The translations under genes were made by a program, and so were the position numbers. The notes beneath the pieces are model-generated. The model worked only from the letters and a program-made list of their open reading frames with translations. It made no database searches and was not told where the DNA came from. This document shows, one piece after another, positions 37,378 through 46,435 of a stretch of 64,000 bases of DNA. The DNA comes from Methanoregulaceae archaeon (GTDB lineage Archaea; Halobacteriota; Methanomicrobia; Methanomicrobiales; Methanospirillaceae): NCBI GenBank assembly GCA_021371995.1, contig JAJFVA010000018.1:38511-102510 (forward strand). Reading direction: 5' to 3'. Positions within the stretch are counted from its first letter, which is position 1. Every line of letters starts with the position of its first letter.

Positions 37378-37815
37378 ATGATACTCTCTTCACGGGAAAT
37401 TATCCGGAGGCTCAATGATCAGGGAAGGGATGGAGCGCTTGTTATCCGTCCCTATGGAAGCGAATGCCAGCAACCCGCGTCCTATGACCTGAGGGTTGCG
37501 GAGGACACGGTTTTGAAAACCGGCTCCTGTACACTGGCTCATACCCTGGAGTGGGTGGAGCTCCCGTCTGACATCGCTGGGACGATCAGGACACGCTCTT
37601 CTTACGGCCGCCGGGGGGTAATGGTCACAGCCGGTTTTGTGGACCCCGGATTCCGTGGACAACTCACTCTCGGGCTGGTCAATATGGGCGAGGAGACGGT
37701 GCACCTGAAGATGAATGACCGTGTGGTTCAGCTGATCCTCCACCAGGTGCTTGGTGCGGATCTGACCTATGAAGGAAGATATCAGGACAGTAAAGGGGTT
37801 GTAAGGGCACGGTGA
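37378..37815 (+). CDS. dut: dCTP deaminase/dUTPase-family protein, short form (probable dUTP diphosphatase)
   Basis: 145 aa with ASYDLRV, RSSYGRRGV and GFVDPGF.G.LTL.L.N motifs. Confidence 0.75.
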   Translation: MILSSREIIRRLNDQGRDGALVIRPYGSECQQPASYDLRVAEDTVLKTGSCTLAHTLEWVELPSDIAGTIRTRSSYGRRGVMVTAGFVDPGFRGQLTLGLVNMGEETVHLKMNDRVVQLILHQVLGADLTYEGRYQDSKGVVRAR

Positions 37816-37819
37816 AACG

Positions 37820-38770
37820 ATGATACGGACTGAACGGAAATATATCGAGATTCTCAGAATATTAAAAGAGCACCAGGAGCCGATGGGGGCAAAGCGGCTC
37901 TCCGAGCTTATGGCTGAGCGCGGGTTCGTATTGAGTGATCGGGCAGTCCAGTATTACCTCAGATATCTCGATGAGATGGGATTTACCGAGAAAGTGGGGA
38001 ACCTGGGGCGAATCCTTACGCCATACGGGACGACCGAGACCGAGAGTGCTCTTGTAGGAGAAAGGATCGGATTTGTCATCTCGAGACTTGAGCGCCTGGC
38101 ATTCAGGAGCACGTTTGATCCGATCACACAGACCGGTGATGTTGCCTATAACCTCTCAATTGTTCCTGAAGAACGGATCGATGAAGTACTTGCTGCTTTT
38201 AGCGCTGTGGTAACCGCGAGGTGTGGTTTCTTCTCATCGTATCGTGTCCTCGACAGAGACCCAAGGGTACCCGATGGCGGTATCGGAATCATAACCGTCT
38301 GCAGCATCACAATGGACGGCGTTTTCCAGAACCGCGGGATTCCTGTTCATATGGCGTATGGGGGCAGGCTCTCCGTTGAGCATGGCGAACCCATCCGCTT
38401 TGTCGATCTGATAGGGTACCGTGGTACCACGATCGACCCGCTGCAGTTATTTATCTCGGCAGGGCTGACCTCGGTCTCATCAATGGTCAGCAACGGGACC
38501 GGGACTGCACTTGCGAACGTACGTGAGGTACCGGCGGCGGCAGAAGGTCAAGTGCGTGAAACGGTGGCACAGATGCGAAAAAGCGGGTTTGTATTCCCTG
38601 TTACTATGGGGACATCACCATTCAATCTTCCTTCGGATCCCTACCGGCTCTCTATCGTCTCGTATTCCGGGATGAACTTTGTGGCCAGTGTCTTTGAGAA
38701 AAAAATCCCCATCAGGACTGAAATCGGGGCAGGGAATATCCCGTTCTCAAGGATCATGCAGGGCAACTGA
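37820..38770 (+). CDS. nrpR: NrpR-family nitrogen regulatory repressor (wHTH plus one NrpR/DUF128 domain)
   Basis: 316 aa. The N terminus ERKYIEILRILKEHQEPMGAKRLSELMAERGF.LSDRAVQYYLRYLDE.GFTE is typical of NrpR. Confidence 0.8.
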   Translation: MIRTERKYIEILRILKEHQEPMGAKRLSELMAERGFVLSDRAVQYYLRYLDEMGFTEKVGNLGRILTPYGTTETESALVGERIGFVISRLERLAFRSTFDPITQTGDVAYNLSIVPEERIDEVLAAFSAVVTARCGFFSSYRVLDRDPRVPDGGIGIITVCSITMDGVFQNRGIPVHMAYGGRLSVEHGEPIRFVDLIGYRGTTIDPLQLFISAGLTSVSSMVSNGTGTALANVREVPAAAEGQVRETVAQMRKSGFVFPVTMGTSPFNLPSDPYRLSIVSYSGMNFVASVFEKKIPIRTEIGAGNIPFSRIMQGN

Positions 38771-38802
38771 TCAAAGAGGGCTCTTCCCAATCAGCCCTTG
38801 TG

Positions 38803-39957
38803 CTAAAATTTGCCCTCTTTTGTGTCCCGCAGGGCCCTGATTGCATCAACCCGGGCAATATGTGTAAAACCTGAGAGAATAACTGCTACTGCAACGAAAC
38901 GGCTGCTACTGACCGGGTAATCTCCGGAGCGTACCTCGAATCCTCCGATCTGTAGGTCGATCCAGTGCCGGATGGCCAGGTACCCCCTCATGTTCAGTTC
39001 TCCGGCAGGTCCGGCAATGAGAACCAGCGCTTTTTGTGCATCGGCAAGCTTACAGGAAACAGACATCTCTTCTGTCACGGCTTTTTTCCCGAGGGAAACG
39101 ATCCTTGACGCTTTTTCATGGTTTTCCTGCACAGAGTGACCTGCAGGCCGCAACTTCCTGATTAGATCAGGGTGGAGTGAAGGGATGGGCTCCCGAGCAA
39201 AACCTATTGCGGCAAGACCCATGCCCCGAAGTGTATTAATAATCTCTCCGGCATCAAGGGCGACCTCTCCCACCTCAGCACCGGGACGTTCGCTTGCCTC
39301 GCCTGCCCGTAAAATGAGATTCACCCTTTTTGCAATTACACGGTTGATACCATCATAGACCGGTGAAATGTCAGGTTGTGGTGCCGGTTGCCGTTTCCGT
39401 GAGATGATGATTCCCCCCTCTCCTTCCCCGGCTACCCGCAGTTCCGGATTTTCCTGTACTTTGTCGAACCAGATCTCGTTATCGAACAGGATGATCCCAT
39501 CCGTTTCTTCGATAAGTGCATCGATCTGGTCCGCTGCCCTTACGGAGACTCCCTCACCCTCCCGTTCGCATGGAAGGGTGACGAGGCAGAAAACCGGTTC
39601 AACCATCGTCCTCCTGATATTTTTAACGAGGGATGGCGCAAGTCCTGCCATGGTCCCACCAAGACCAAGACAGATGATGAATGAATCAATATCTCCGGGG
39701 TCAAGGGACTGGAGCCGGGCGATGATCTCATCATGAGGCAATGCAGGCGGGCTCTCCCCTTCCAGGTTCGGGTCAAGAGTCTTTGCAAGGAGGACATGTT
39801 CTTTTGGAAGGGCTCTTAAAGCACTGAGGGAAGAAGCATCGCTGTCTACTGCAATCCCGTCTGTGCAGCGCAGTGATCGGGACTTCTGGTCATAATTATA
39901 GAGCATGTCGGCAATCCGGCACCCTGCGCCTCCGATACCGACCATCAATACCCTCAT
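38803..39957 (-). CDS. divergent FtsZ/CetZ-like tubulin-superfamily protein
   Basis: 384 aa. The T1-like motif is VGIGGAGCRIAD and the T4 signature is degenerate (GLGGTMAGLAP instead of GGGTG[ST]G). ILFDNEIW resembles CetZ/FtsZ LVFDN. The C-terminal domain follows an FtsZ-like pattern (GMGLAAIGFA..ALVLIAGP..L.M). Confidence 0.7.
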   Translation of the reverse strand: MRVLMVGIGGAGCRIADMLYNYDQKSRSLRCTDGIAVDSDASSLSALRALPKEHVLLAKTLDPNLEGESPPALPHDEIIARLQSLDPGDIDSFIICLGLGGTMAGLAPSLVKNIRRTMVEPVFCLVTLPCEREGEGVSVRAADQIDALIEETDGIILFDNEIWFDKVQENPELRVAGEGEGGIIISRKRQPAPQPDISPVYDGINRVIAKRVNLILRAGEASERPGAEVGEVALDAGEIINTLRGMGLAAIGFAREPIPSLHPDLIRKLRPAGHSVQENHEKASRIVSLGKKAVTEEMSVSCKLADAQKALVLIAGPAGELNMRGYLAIRHWIDLQIGGFEVRSGDYPVSSSRFVAVAVILSGFTHIARVDAIRALRDTKEGKF

Positions 39958-40245
39958 CGTCAGACTCCAGCCCTGCTTACCGGATGATCCCTTTTTCAGG
40001 AATTCAATGAATTACCATTGGATCCCGTATTAAAAAAAGACTATCTGACTCCTCAACAATGCTAATGTCTCCGATCAGGGGTCAGCAGAACAAGGAGCGC
40101 CCCGGTCTGCCGACGGGAGTAAAAATGGAAAACTGTTTTCTTTATGAGAATTTCTGCATTCTCCGTATTGTTTGTGGAATTGATAACTGAAAATGATAAG
40201 GTATTTAATTTTGTGCCCGATATGTTACAGTGAGGTGAACTAACC

Positions 40246-41235
40246 TTGACAACGTATGGAATAGAATTTGTGCCTGGCAATGTGAATGTCAAGCAGGTGG
40301 TCAATTTCTGTAAACTCGCAGAGTCCAAGGATATCGACTATGCTTGGATCACCAACCACTACAACAACCGTCACTGCTACCCCACCCTTGCTGCCATCGC
40401 TCAGGCGACCACCACCCTGAAGATGGGCCCGGGAATCATGAACTCATTTACTGACACGCCAGCAGCGATGGCATCATTCTTCTGCACGCTGAATGAGATC
40501 TCTGACGGTCGTGCAGTTCTGGGGATTGGCCCTGGGGACCTTTCAACGCTCCCAAAACTTGCGATTCAGGCTGAGAAACCGGTAGCGCGTCTCGAAGAGG
40601 CGGTTACACAGATCCGCAAGCTCTGTGCCGGTGAAGAAGTCAAGAAATCAGGGATGCAGTTCTTTGACTACGATGGTGCAAAGCTCACGGGAGTGAATCT
40701 TCCTGGCAAGAAAGGTATACCAATTTACATTGGTGCCCAGGGGCCCAAGGTTCTTGATCTCGCCGGAAGAGTTGGTGACGGAGCGTTAATTAATGCATCC
40801 AATCCAAAAGACTTCGCAATCGCGATTCCGATCATCAAGGCAGCCTGTGACAAGGTCGGCAAAAAGGGCTTTGATGTAGGTGCCTACACCGCCATGTCCA
40901 TTGACACGAACGAGAAGAAGGCCCGGAACGCCGCAAAGATCGTTGCCGCATTCATTGCCGCTGGATCCCCTCCTGACCTTATCGCACGCCATGGCCTCGA
41001 TGCTGCAAAGGTTGCAACCATCAAGAGCGCACTCGCCAAGTTCGACTTCAAGACTGCCGGTGAGAATGTTGACGACAAGACCATTGATGCATTTACCATT
41101 GCCGGAACCCCGGACACGGTGAAGCAGAAGTGTGAAGACCTTGCAAAGGCTGGTGTCACCCAGATCATCTTCGGATCCCCGCTGGGACCGGACATGACCA
41201 CATCCATCCGCCTGCTCGGCAAGTATGTCGTCTGA
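40246..41235 (+). CDS. mer: F420-dependent 5,10-methylenetetrahydromethanopterin reductase
   Basis: 329 aa: (M)TTYGIEFVPGN..YAWITNHYNNR..LGIGPGD. The start is apparently TTG at 40246, with GTGAGGTGA just upstream. No in-frame ATG lies near the conserved N terminus. Confidence 0.92.
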   Translation: MTTYGIEFVPGNVNVKQVVNFCKLAESKDIDYAWITNHYNNRHCYPTLAAIAQATTTLKMGPGIMNSFTDTPAAMASFFCTLNEISDGRAVLGIGPGDLSTLPKLAIQAEKPVARLEEAVTQIRKLCAGEEVKKSGMQFFDYDGAKLTGVNLPGKKGIPIYIGAQGPKVLDLAGRVGDGALINASNPKDFAIAIPIIKAACDKVGKKGFDVGAYTAMSIDTNEKKARNAAKIVAAFIAAGSPPDLIARHGLDAAKVATIKSALAKFDFKTAGENVDDKTIDAFTIAGTPDTVKQKCEDLAKAGVTQIIFGSPLGPDMTTSIRLLGKYVV

Positions 41236-41313
41236 TACGATCAGGCTCGAAAAACCCTTTTCTTTTTTCACACAGTTTTAATAGAAAGGCTTCGAATGAA
41301 AAGCTGAGTGGCC

Positions 41314-42240
41314 ATGTTCACCGTGACAGATATCCGGACCGGTACCCATCTCCTCCAGGTCCGGGAAGAACTTCTTACCGGTCACCGTTGTAAAATTTCC
41401 CCCGGACGCCTCAACCGTGGCATCGACGCGCCGTATCAGCCTCCCAACGCTCCCGGAAATTGCCCTTTCTGCAGTGGACAGATCTTTTCCGTCACCCCTG
41501 TATTCCCTGACGGGGACCGTATCTGCAGAGGCGAGAGTGTGACATTCCCAAATCTCTTCCCGTTCGGGGAGTGGCATACTGTCACGGTCATCACAAGGAG
41601 ACATCAGGTCGATATCTTCAGCAGGAGAGAGATCGCGGATGCATTATCAGGGCAGGTAGAATCCCTGGTAAAAGCACCGGGATACAAGAGCATCAACTGG
41701 AACTACCTTCCGTCTGCCGGGGCGAGCATAGCTCATCCTCACCTGCAGGGGCTTGCAGACAGGAGAGCACCGGTTATCGCTGAGCGATACATTGCCGGGG
41801 GGCTGCGGTATCTCGAAAAGCAGGGGCGGAGCTACTGGGAAGATCTCCGTTCATCTGAGTCAGGCTCCCAGCGTTACCTTTTTGGCGATGAATTATTCTG
41901 GTACGCACATCCGGTACCCCTTGGTGAGAGAGAGGTACGCTGTATCCTTCCGGTTGCTTCGCTGGAAGAATTCCCCTCCTGCAGTGAAGCATTTGCAGAA
42001 GGGCTTCTTGACATCATAAGGATGTACCGGAACCTTGGGACACATGCTTTCAATATGTCTCTCTTTTTTGATAAAAAAGAAGAAAAAAATGGTTTTTCTG
42101 CCTTCTGCTCGATAATATCGCGGATTAATCCGAACAGTTTGTCAATGAGCGATTCTGCCTTCATGGAACGGCTCCACCTTGAGCCGGTTATTCTCACCCT
42201 GCCTGAGGATCTCGGTAATTATTACCGGAAAGAGTGTTAA
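41314..42240 (+). CDS. GalT-like HIT-superfamily nucleotidyltransferase (galactose-1-phosphate uridylyltransferase family)
   Basis: ORF 41308 (GTG)..42240, with ATG at 41314. A Zn-knuckle-like CPFC is present, along with FPNLFP and the histidine motif SIAHPHLQG. Confidence 0.65.
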   Translation: MFTVTDIRTGTHLLQVREELLTGHRCKISPGRLNRGIDAPYQPPNAPGNCPFCSGQIFSVTPVFPDGDRICRGESVTFPNLFPFGEWHTVTVITRRHQVDIFSRREIADALSGQVESLVKAPGYKSINWNYLPSAGASIAHPHLQGLADRRAPVIAERYIAGGLRYLEKQGRSYWEDLRSSESGSQRYLFGDELFWYAHPVPLGEREVRCILPVASLEEFPSCSEAFAEGLLDIIRMYRNLGTHAFNMSLFFDKKEEKNGFSAFCSIISRINPNSLSMSDSAFMERLHLEPVILTLPEDLGNYYRKEC

Positions 42241-42367
42241 TTGGATTGGTCTCTCCAGATAACCAGGTAATATCTGCTCATCGACTCCGTAATGAGACGA
42301 TGCTTCCGGAAGAGAATTGTTACAGTATCGTCTTAAGGTCGGGCAGAAAATTAAAAAAAGATTGGGG

Positions 42368-43207
42368 TTACTCTGGCTTGCTGATCAGTTTTGTCTTTGA
42401 GACAATGACCCCGTCTTTCTTGTGGGGCTTCCGGATGATGCCATCGCCGGCTTTCTCGATCTCGCGGGCTTCGTCACAGAGGACTGCTGCAGCCCTCATC
42501 ATCTCATGGGCACTGGTGACGATGGGGATATACTTCTCCCATTCCTTTGTCATGAAGCAGCCCTTGACGTTTACCATGGCAACCGCGGAAGCGATTTCAT
42601 AGGCTGCACGGGCCTTTGCAAGAGCGTAGGGGTTGGTGAACTCTCCCTCGACGGCTTTGTCGGAAGATACGACAAGTTTCGGCATGGCGAGGTCTGCGCC
42701 CTTCTTTCCGGCCTTGACCTGGTCGATGACCTGGTCAATTGCATTCTGGAGTTTGCGGAATGCACCGGTCAGTGCGAGCACCTTCACAAGGTTTCCGTTG
42801 TAGTCTGCCATCTCGATGGGGTCGAGGAATTCACGGCGGGCGCCGATCATGGCGTCGCCCTTCATGATGATGTACCCGAACTTCCCGTCCTTGATCTCTG
42901 CCCATTCTTTCTTGGTGGTCACATCGTCGGTTATGAACAGGGTGGGGATTCCTGCGGCAAGGAGGCGCTCACGGGCACCAGTCGGGCCGGGAAGAACTCC
43001 GTTTGGCGAGACAACAATCGCAAAATCAGGTTTCCATGCGACCATGTTGTTGACAACCCTGTCGATATCCTCGGGCTGGAGCTTTGTTCCGCTCGTCGCC
43101 ATGAATGTCTGCATATCCTCGCGGTCTGCTCTCTCGTCGAGGAGGAGCTCGGCCATTACGCCGCTGGCAATGTTGCCGAGTTTGGCAACTCCAACTTTAA
43201 CAACCAT
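42368..43207 (-). CDS. mtd: F420-dependent methylenetetrahydromethanopterin dehydrogenase
   Basis: 279 aa: [31 protein letters not shown], a characteristic Mtd N terminus. Confidence 0.92.
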   Translation of the reverse strand: MVVKVGVAKLGNIASGVMAELLLDERADREDMQTFMATSGTKLQPEDIDRVVNNMVAWKPDFAIVVSPNGVLPGPTGARERLLAAGIPTLFITDDVTTKKEWAEIKDGKFGYIIMKGDAMIGARREFLDPIEMADYNGNLVKVLALTGAFRKLQNAIDQVIDQVKAGKKGADLAMPKLVVSSDKAVEGEFTNPYALAKARAAYEIASAVAMVNVKGCFMTKEWEKYIPIVTSAHEMMRAAAVLCDEAREIEKAGDGIIRKPHKKDGVIVSKTKLISKPE

Positions 43208-43424
43208 GTATACACCTCATTTAGTTTATAACAGGTTACTATTCGTCCGGGCAGATATAAACGTTTTGAAATTTGATTCTAATTGCAAAATTCAGCCAGT
43301 AATGCCGTTTTCTTGTGAAATATCCGCAGACTGCAGGCCCCCGCTTATTCTTTCCTGGTTGCGTACGATGTATCGGAGAATGTTAACGAAAAGTGTTTAA
43401 GTTACCCCTTCCAACTGGTTTATC

Positions 43425-43829
43425 ATGAAAGACGGGCTGCTTACCGATCGCCAGAAAGAGGTGCTCCGGTTTCGTAAGCAGGGGATGACCCAGCAGCAGA
43501 TTGCTGATATTATTCACACATCAAAGGCGAATGTCTGCACTATTGAAAAGTCAGCGATGGAGAACATCAGGAGGGCCAAGGAGACACTGGAGTTCCTGTA
43601 TACTCTCGATGCAACCCATCTCTGTACTATTGAAGCAGGGATGGATCTCCTTGATGTTGCCCCCTTTATTTACCGCGAGGCTGAAAATATCGGAATTAAA
43701 GTAAAATATGATACTATTTCCCTCATCAACAAGCTGCGCGAAGCCACCCCGGAGCGTTTCAGGGCAAGGCATGTCCGGGATGCAATCGAGGTATATATAA
43801 ACGACGAAGGGGATCTTTACTTCGGATGA
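43425..43829 (+). CDS. tfx: Tfx-family DNA-binding transcriptional regulator
   Basis: 134 aa: LLTDRQKEVLRFRKQGMTQQQIADIIHTSKANVCTIEKSA.ENI.. (LuxR-type HTH), followed by the Tfx C-terminal domain. Confidence 0.85.
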   Translation: MKDGLLTDRQKEVLRFRKQGMTQQQIADIIHTSKANVCTIEKSAMENIRRAKETLEFLYTLDATHLCTIEAGMDLLDVAPFIYREAENIGIKVKYDTISLINKLREATPERFRARHVRDAIEVYINDEGDLYFG

Positions 43830-43939
43830 TCACCTGGTGATTATTACTCCCGATTCAGCCTGGATGTTCCGCCATTAGGCTGTCGGCTGAGGCAGAACCC
43901 CCGGGAAGGTTTATATTCATTTCTGTCTAATAATTATGG

Positions 43940-44207
43940 AAGCCTATGTGGTGGTTCCGGCGAGAACCGGGATCTCATATGTGGCGGGCGCAGTTCGTAA
44001 ATCATTGGTATGAACTGCGCAGCCGAGAAGGAGTTGTGATAATTCACAACGGGCTGACACGGTGGAACTGATCAGCGCAGGGGTGGACGTGGCTGCACGA
44101 GCCCGCATGTACCAGGTTACTGGTACATTCGCGCGATAATCAGAATCTATTGGCGACGACCGGTAGGAACTGAGGGGAATCGGCTGGATAGTATATACCG
44201 CCTTTTC
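43940..44207 (+). ncRNA. candidate structured non-coding RNA of unknown class (boundaries approximate)
   Basis: TTTATATT lies at 43910..43917, about 25 nt upstream. Perfect hairpins occur at 43988-43996/44012-44020 (9 bp), 44033-44039/44044-44050 (7 bp) and 44107-44115/44120-44128 (9 bp), plus 43953-43957/43964-43968 (5 bp). A CCTTTT tract sits at 44201-44206. There is no convincing ORF. No match by eye to RNase P, SRP, C/D or H/ACA motifs. Confidence 0.35.
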
Positions 44208-44221
44208 ATAATTACCCTCCC

Positions 44222-44408
44222 GCAAGGTCACAGGTTCGCTCCGGAGACGGGAGATTTGGAAGATCCCGTTTTCCGGACAGCTCGATTATCCGGAGCGTCA
44301 CGCTCTCTCGGGGCAGATGCATACCGTATGCATACGGGTCCGGGATAGGGGTCGTTATGCAGGCGGTTCTGCACGGAATAGTCAGATCAGAGAAAGGATT
44401 GATGAAAA
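44222..44408 (+). promoter_or_regulatory. structured leader region of the rpl3 ribosomal protein operon
   Basis: A TATATA-like box lies at about 44192. A 9-bp long-range stem (CGCTCCGGA 44237-44245 with TCCGGAGCG 44289-44297) encloses a 6-bp hairpin (44247-44252/44264-44269). Overlapping palindromes ATGCATACCGTATGCATACGG lie at 44317-44337. Confidence 0.4.
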
Positions 44409-45422
44409 ATGCCGAAGATCAACACGCCGCGAAAAGGATCCCTCGCGTACAGCCCCAGAAAAAGGGCAAAAGGGCCGGTCCCGAAATACCAGTCATGGCC
44501 GGATTATGAGGGAACGCCGGTGCTGCAGGGATTTGCCGGGTACAAGGTGGGGATGACGCATGTCGTCATGGTCGATGACCACAAGAACAGCCCCACCGAA
44601 GGCAAAGATATTATGGTACCGGTCACGGTCATCGAGATCCCTGCCATGAAGGTCGCAGCGATTCGTGCCTACACGCGGGACACGTATGGAAAGCATCCTA
44701 TGACGGAGGTTTGGGACACTACTCCAGACCAGATGCTTGGACGAAGGATTACTCTCCCCAAAAAGTACGACGGAGCCGCTGCACAGAAGGCCATCCTTGA
44801 CGGAATTAAAGCCGGAACGGTAGCAGAGATTTTTGCTCTCGTGCATACCACCCCTGAACTGGTATCCGGAATCCCCAAGAAGGTACCCGACCTCATGGAA
44901 ATGAGGGTTGCCGGAGGTTCTCTTGAAAGCAGGTTTGAGTTTGCGTTCTCCCTTCTTGGTAAGGAAGTAGCCCTTAAAAATGTCCTCCAGTCCGGCTCGT
45001 ATGCGGACATCACCGCAATAACCACCGGGAAAGGGACACAGGGTCCGGTAAAGCGGTGGGGGATCAAACTCAGGAAGCGGAAACATTCCCGCGGCGGAAA
45101 GAAGCGTCATGTTGGCACACTTGGACCCTGGAACCCGCACCATATTCGATGGCAGGTCCCGCAGGCAGGCCAGATGGGATACCAGCAGCGCACCGAATTC
45201 AACAAACGGATTCTCAGGATTGGTGACGATGGAGCAGAGGTAACTCCCGCGGGAGGATTCCTCCATTATGGCATGTTGAATAATCCGTATGTCCTTGTCA
45301 AGGGCTCCGTTCCGGGACCGGTAAAGCGTCTGGTCAGGATCCGCCCGGCGATGAGGCAGGGAGAGCATGTTCCCCGCCAGCCGGCTATCGAGTTTGTTAG
45401 TATCCAGAGCAAACAGGGGTGA
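44409..45422 (+). CDS. rpl3: 50S ribosomal protein uL3
   Basis: 337 aa: [14 protein letters not shown].. and GYKVGMTHV. It is the first gene of the conserved cluster. Confidence 0.95.
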   Translation: MPKINTPRKGSLAYSPRKRAKGPVPKYQSWPDYEGTPVLQGFAGYKVGMTHVVMVDDHKNSPTEGKDIMVPVTVIEIPAMKVAAIRAYTRDTYGKHPMTEVWDTTPDQMLGRRITLPKKYDGAAAQKAILDGIKAGTVAEIFALVHTTPELVSGIPKKVPDLMEMRVAGGSLESRFEFAFSLLGKEVALKNVLQSGSYADITAITTGKGTQGPVKRWGIKLRKRKHSRGGKKRHVGTLGPWNPHHIRWQVPQAGQMGYQQRTEFNKRILRIGDDGAEVTPAGGFLHYGMLNNPYVLVKGSVPGPVKRLVRIRPAMRQGEHVPRQPAIEFVSIQSKQG

Positions 45423-45429
45423 GACAGCG

Positions 45430-46176
45430 ATGAAAGCACAGGTAATTACAATTGAAGGCACCATGGGACGGGACATCGATCTCCCCCCGGCGTTCTCTGA
45501 AGAATACCGTCCTGATCTGATCAGGAAAGCGGTCATTGCACTCCAGAGCACCAGAAGGCAGCCTCACGGCACCTACCCGTATGCCGGAATCGAGTCTTCA
45601 GCAGTCGGCTGGGGAAGCGGCCGGGGTGTCTCGCATGTGCCCCGTATCAAGACCGGGTCACGGGCTGCAAAAGTCCCCCAGGCAAAGGGCGGAAGGGAGG
45701 CACATCCTCCGGTTGTGCAGAAAGTCCTCCTTCGCAGGATAAACAAAAAGGAGAAGGCAAAGGCATTCAGGTCCGCGCTTGCTGCCAGTGTCTCAGAAGA
45801 CCTTGTACGGGCAAGGGGCCATCTCTTTACCGGACAGATCCCGGTGGTGTTCGAGGATGCATTTGGAGAACTTGACAGGACATCAGATGTCATCTCGGCG
45901 CTTACCGCAGCAGGGCTCTACAAGGATATTGAGAGGTCCAAGGTCTCGCGGAAGGTCCGGGCAGGCCGCGGAAAGATGAGGGGCCGGCGCTACAAGCAGA
46001 GAAAGAGCCTCCTTATTGTCACCGCGGAAAAACCGCTGAAGGCAGCCCGGAACCTTGCCGGTGTTGACGTGGTCACGCTCGAACAGCTGAACACAGAACT
46101 CCTTGCACCCGGAACGCTGCCCGGCCGGCTCACGGTCTTTACCGAGAGTGCAATCTCAAAACTCGGGGGGCAGTAA
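45430..46176 (+). CDS. rpl4: 50S ribosomal protein uL4
   Basis: ORF 45367..46176 trimmed to ATG 45430 (MKAQVITIEG), just after the rpl3 stop. The motif RAGRGKMRGRRY is present. Confidence 0.93.
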   Translation: MKAQVITIEGTMGRDIDLPPAFSEEYRPDLIRKAVIALQSTRRQPHGTYPYAGIESSAVGWGSGRGVSHVPRIKTGSRAAKVPQAKGGREAHPPVVQKVLLRRINKKEKAKAFRSALAASVSEDLVRARGHLFTGQIPVVFEDAFGELDRTSDVISALTAAGLYKDIERSKVSRKVRAGRGKMRGRRYKQRKSLLIVTAEKPLKAARNLAGVDVVTLEQLNTELLAPGTLPGRLTVFTESAISKLGGQ

Positions 46177-46177
46177 G

Positions 46178-46426
46178 ATGGTACTCAGGCATCCGTATGT
46201 GACCGAAAAGGCTATGATGACACTTGAGAAGGAGAACAAACTCCAGTTCCTCGTGGAAAAGGACGCCACGAAGAAGCAGATCAAGAGAGAGATCGAGAAG
46301 ACCTTCGAACAGGAAGTCCGGGGAATCTCGACGGTCATGACAATGCACGGAGAGAAGAAAGCGATCATCAGCTTTACCAACGAGAAGGCAGCTGAGGAGA
46401 TACTCAGCCGGCTTGGCATAATGTAG
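46178..46426 (+). CDS. rpl23: 50S ribosomal protein uL23
   Basis: ORF trimmed to ATG 46178 (MVLRHPYVTEKAMMTLEKENKLQFLV). Confidence 0.93.
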   Translation: MVLRHPYVTEKAMMTLEKENKLQFLVEKDATKKQIKREIEKTFEQEVRGISTVMTMHGEKKAIISFTNEKAAEEILSRLGIM

Positions 46427-46435
46427 GTGAGAGCA

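Noticed and set aside
43940-44210. The tfx-rpl3 RNA candidate tested as RNase P RNA or as an H/ACA guide RNA.
   Set aside because: Neither strand shows the universally conserved RNase P CR-I/CR-IV/CR-V strings. The one stem followed by ACA (GGCTG-ACA at about 44052-44059) lacks a two-sided pseudouridylation pocket.
43944-44231. A 95-aa minus-strand ORF in the tfx-rpl3 gap.
   Set aside because: It has no RBS, no recognisable motif and odd composition. The region is better explained by the dense helices on the + strand. It remains the main alternative to the ncRNA hypothesis.
44493-45551. A 352-aa minus-strand ORF antisense to rpl3 and rpl4. Similar antisense ORFs occur at 42422-43231 (mtd), 11907-12590 (mdh), 50325-50987 (rps4e), 54302-54937 (rps5/rpl30), 55753-56379 (secY) and 10331-10903.
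   Set aside because: All are shadows of confidently identified genes on the other strand. Their translations have no recognisable domains, and they have no plausible start or RBS context.
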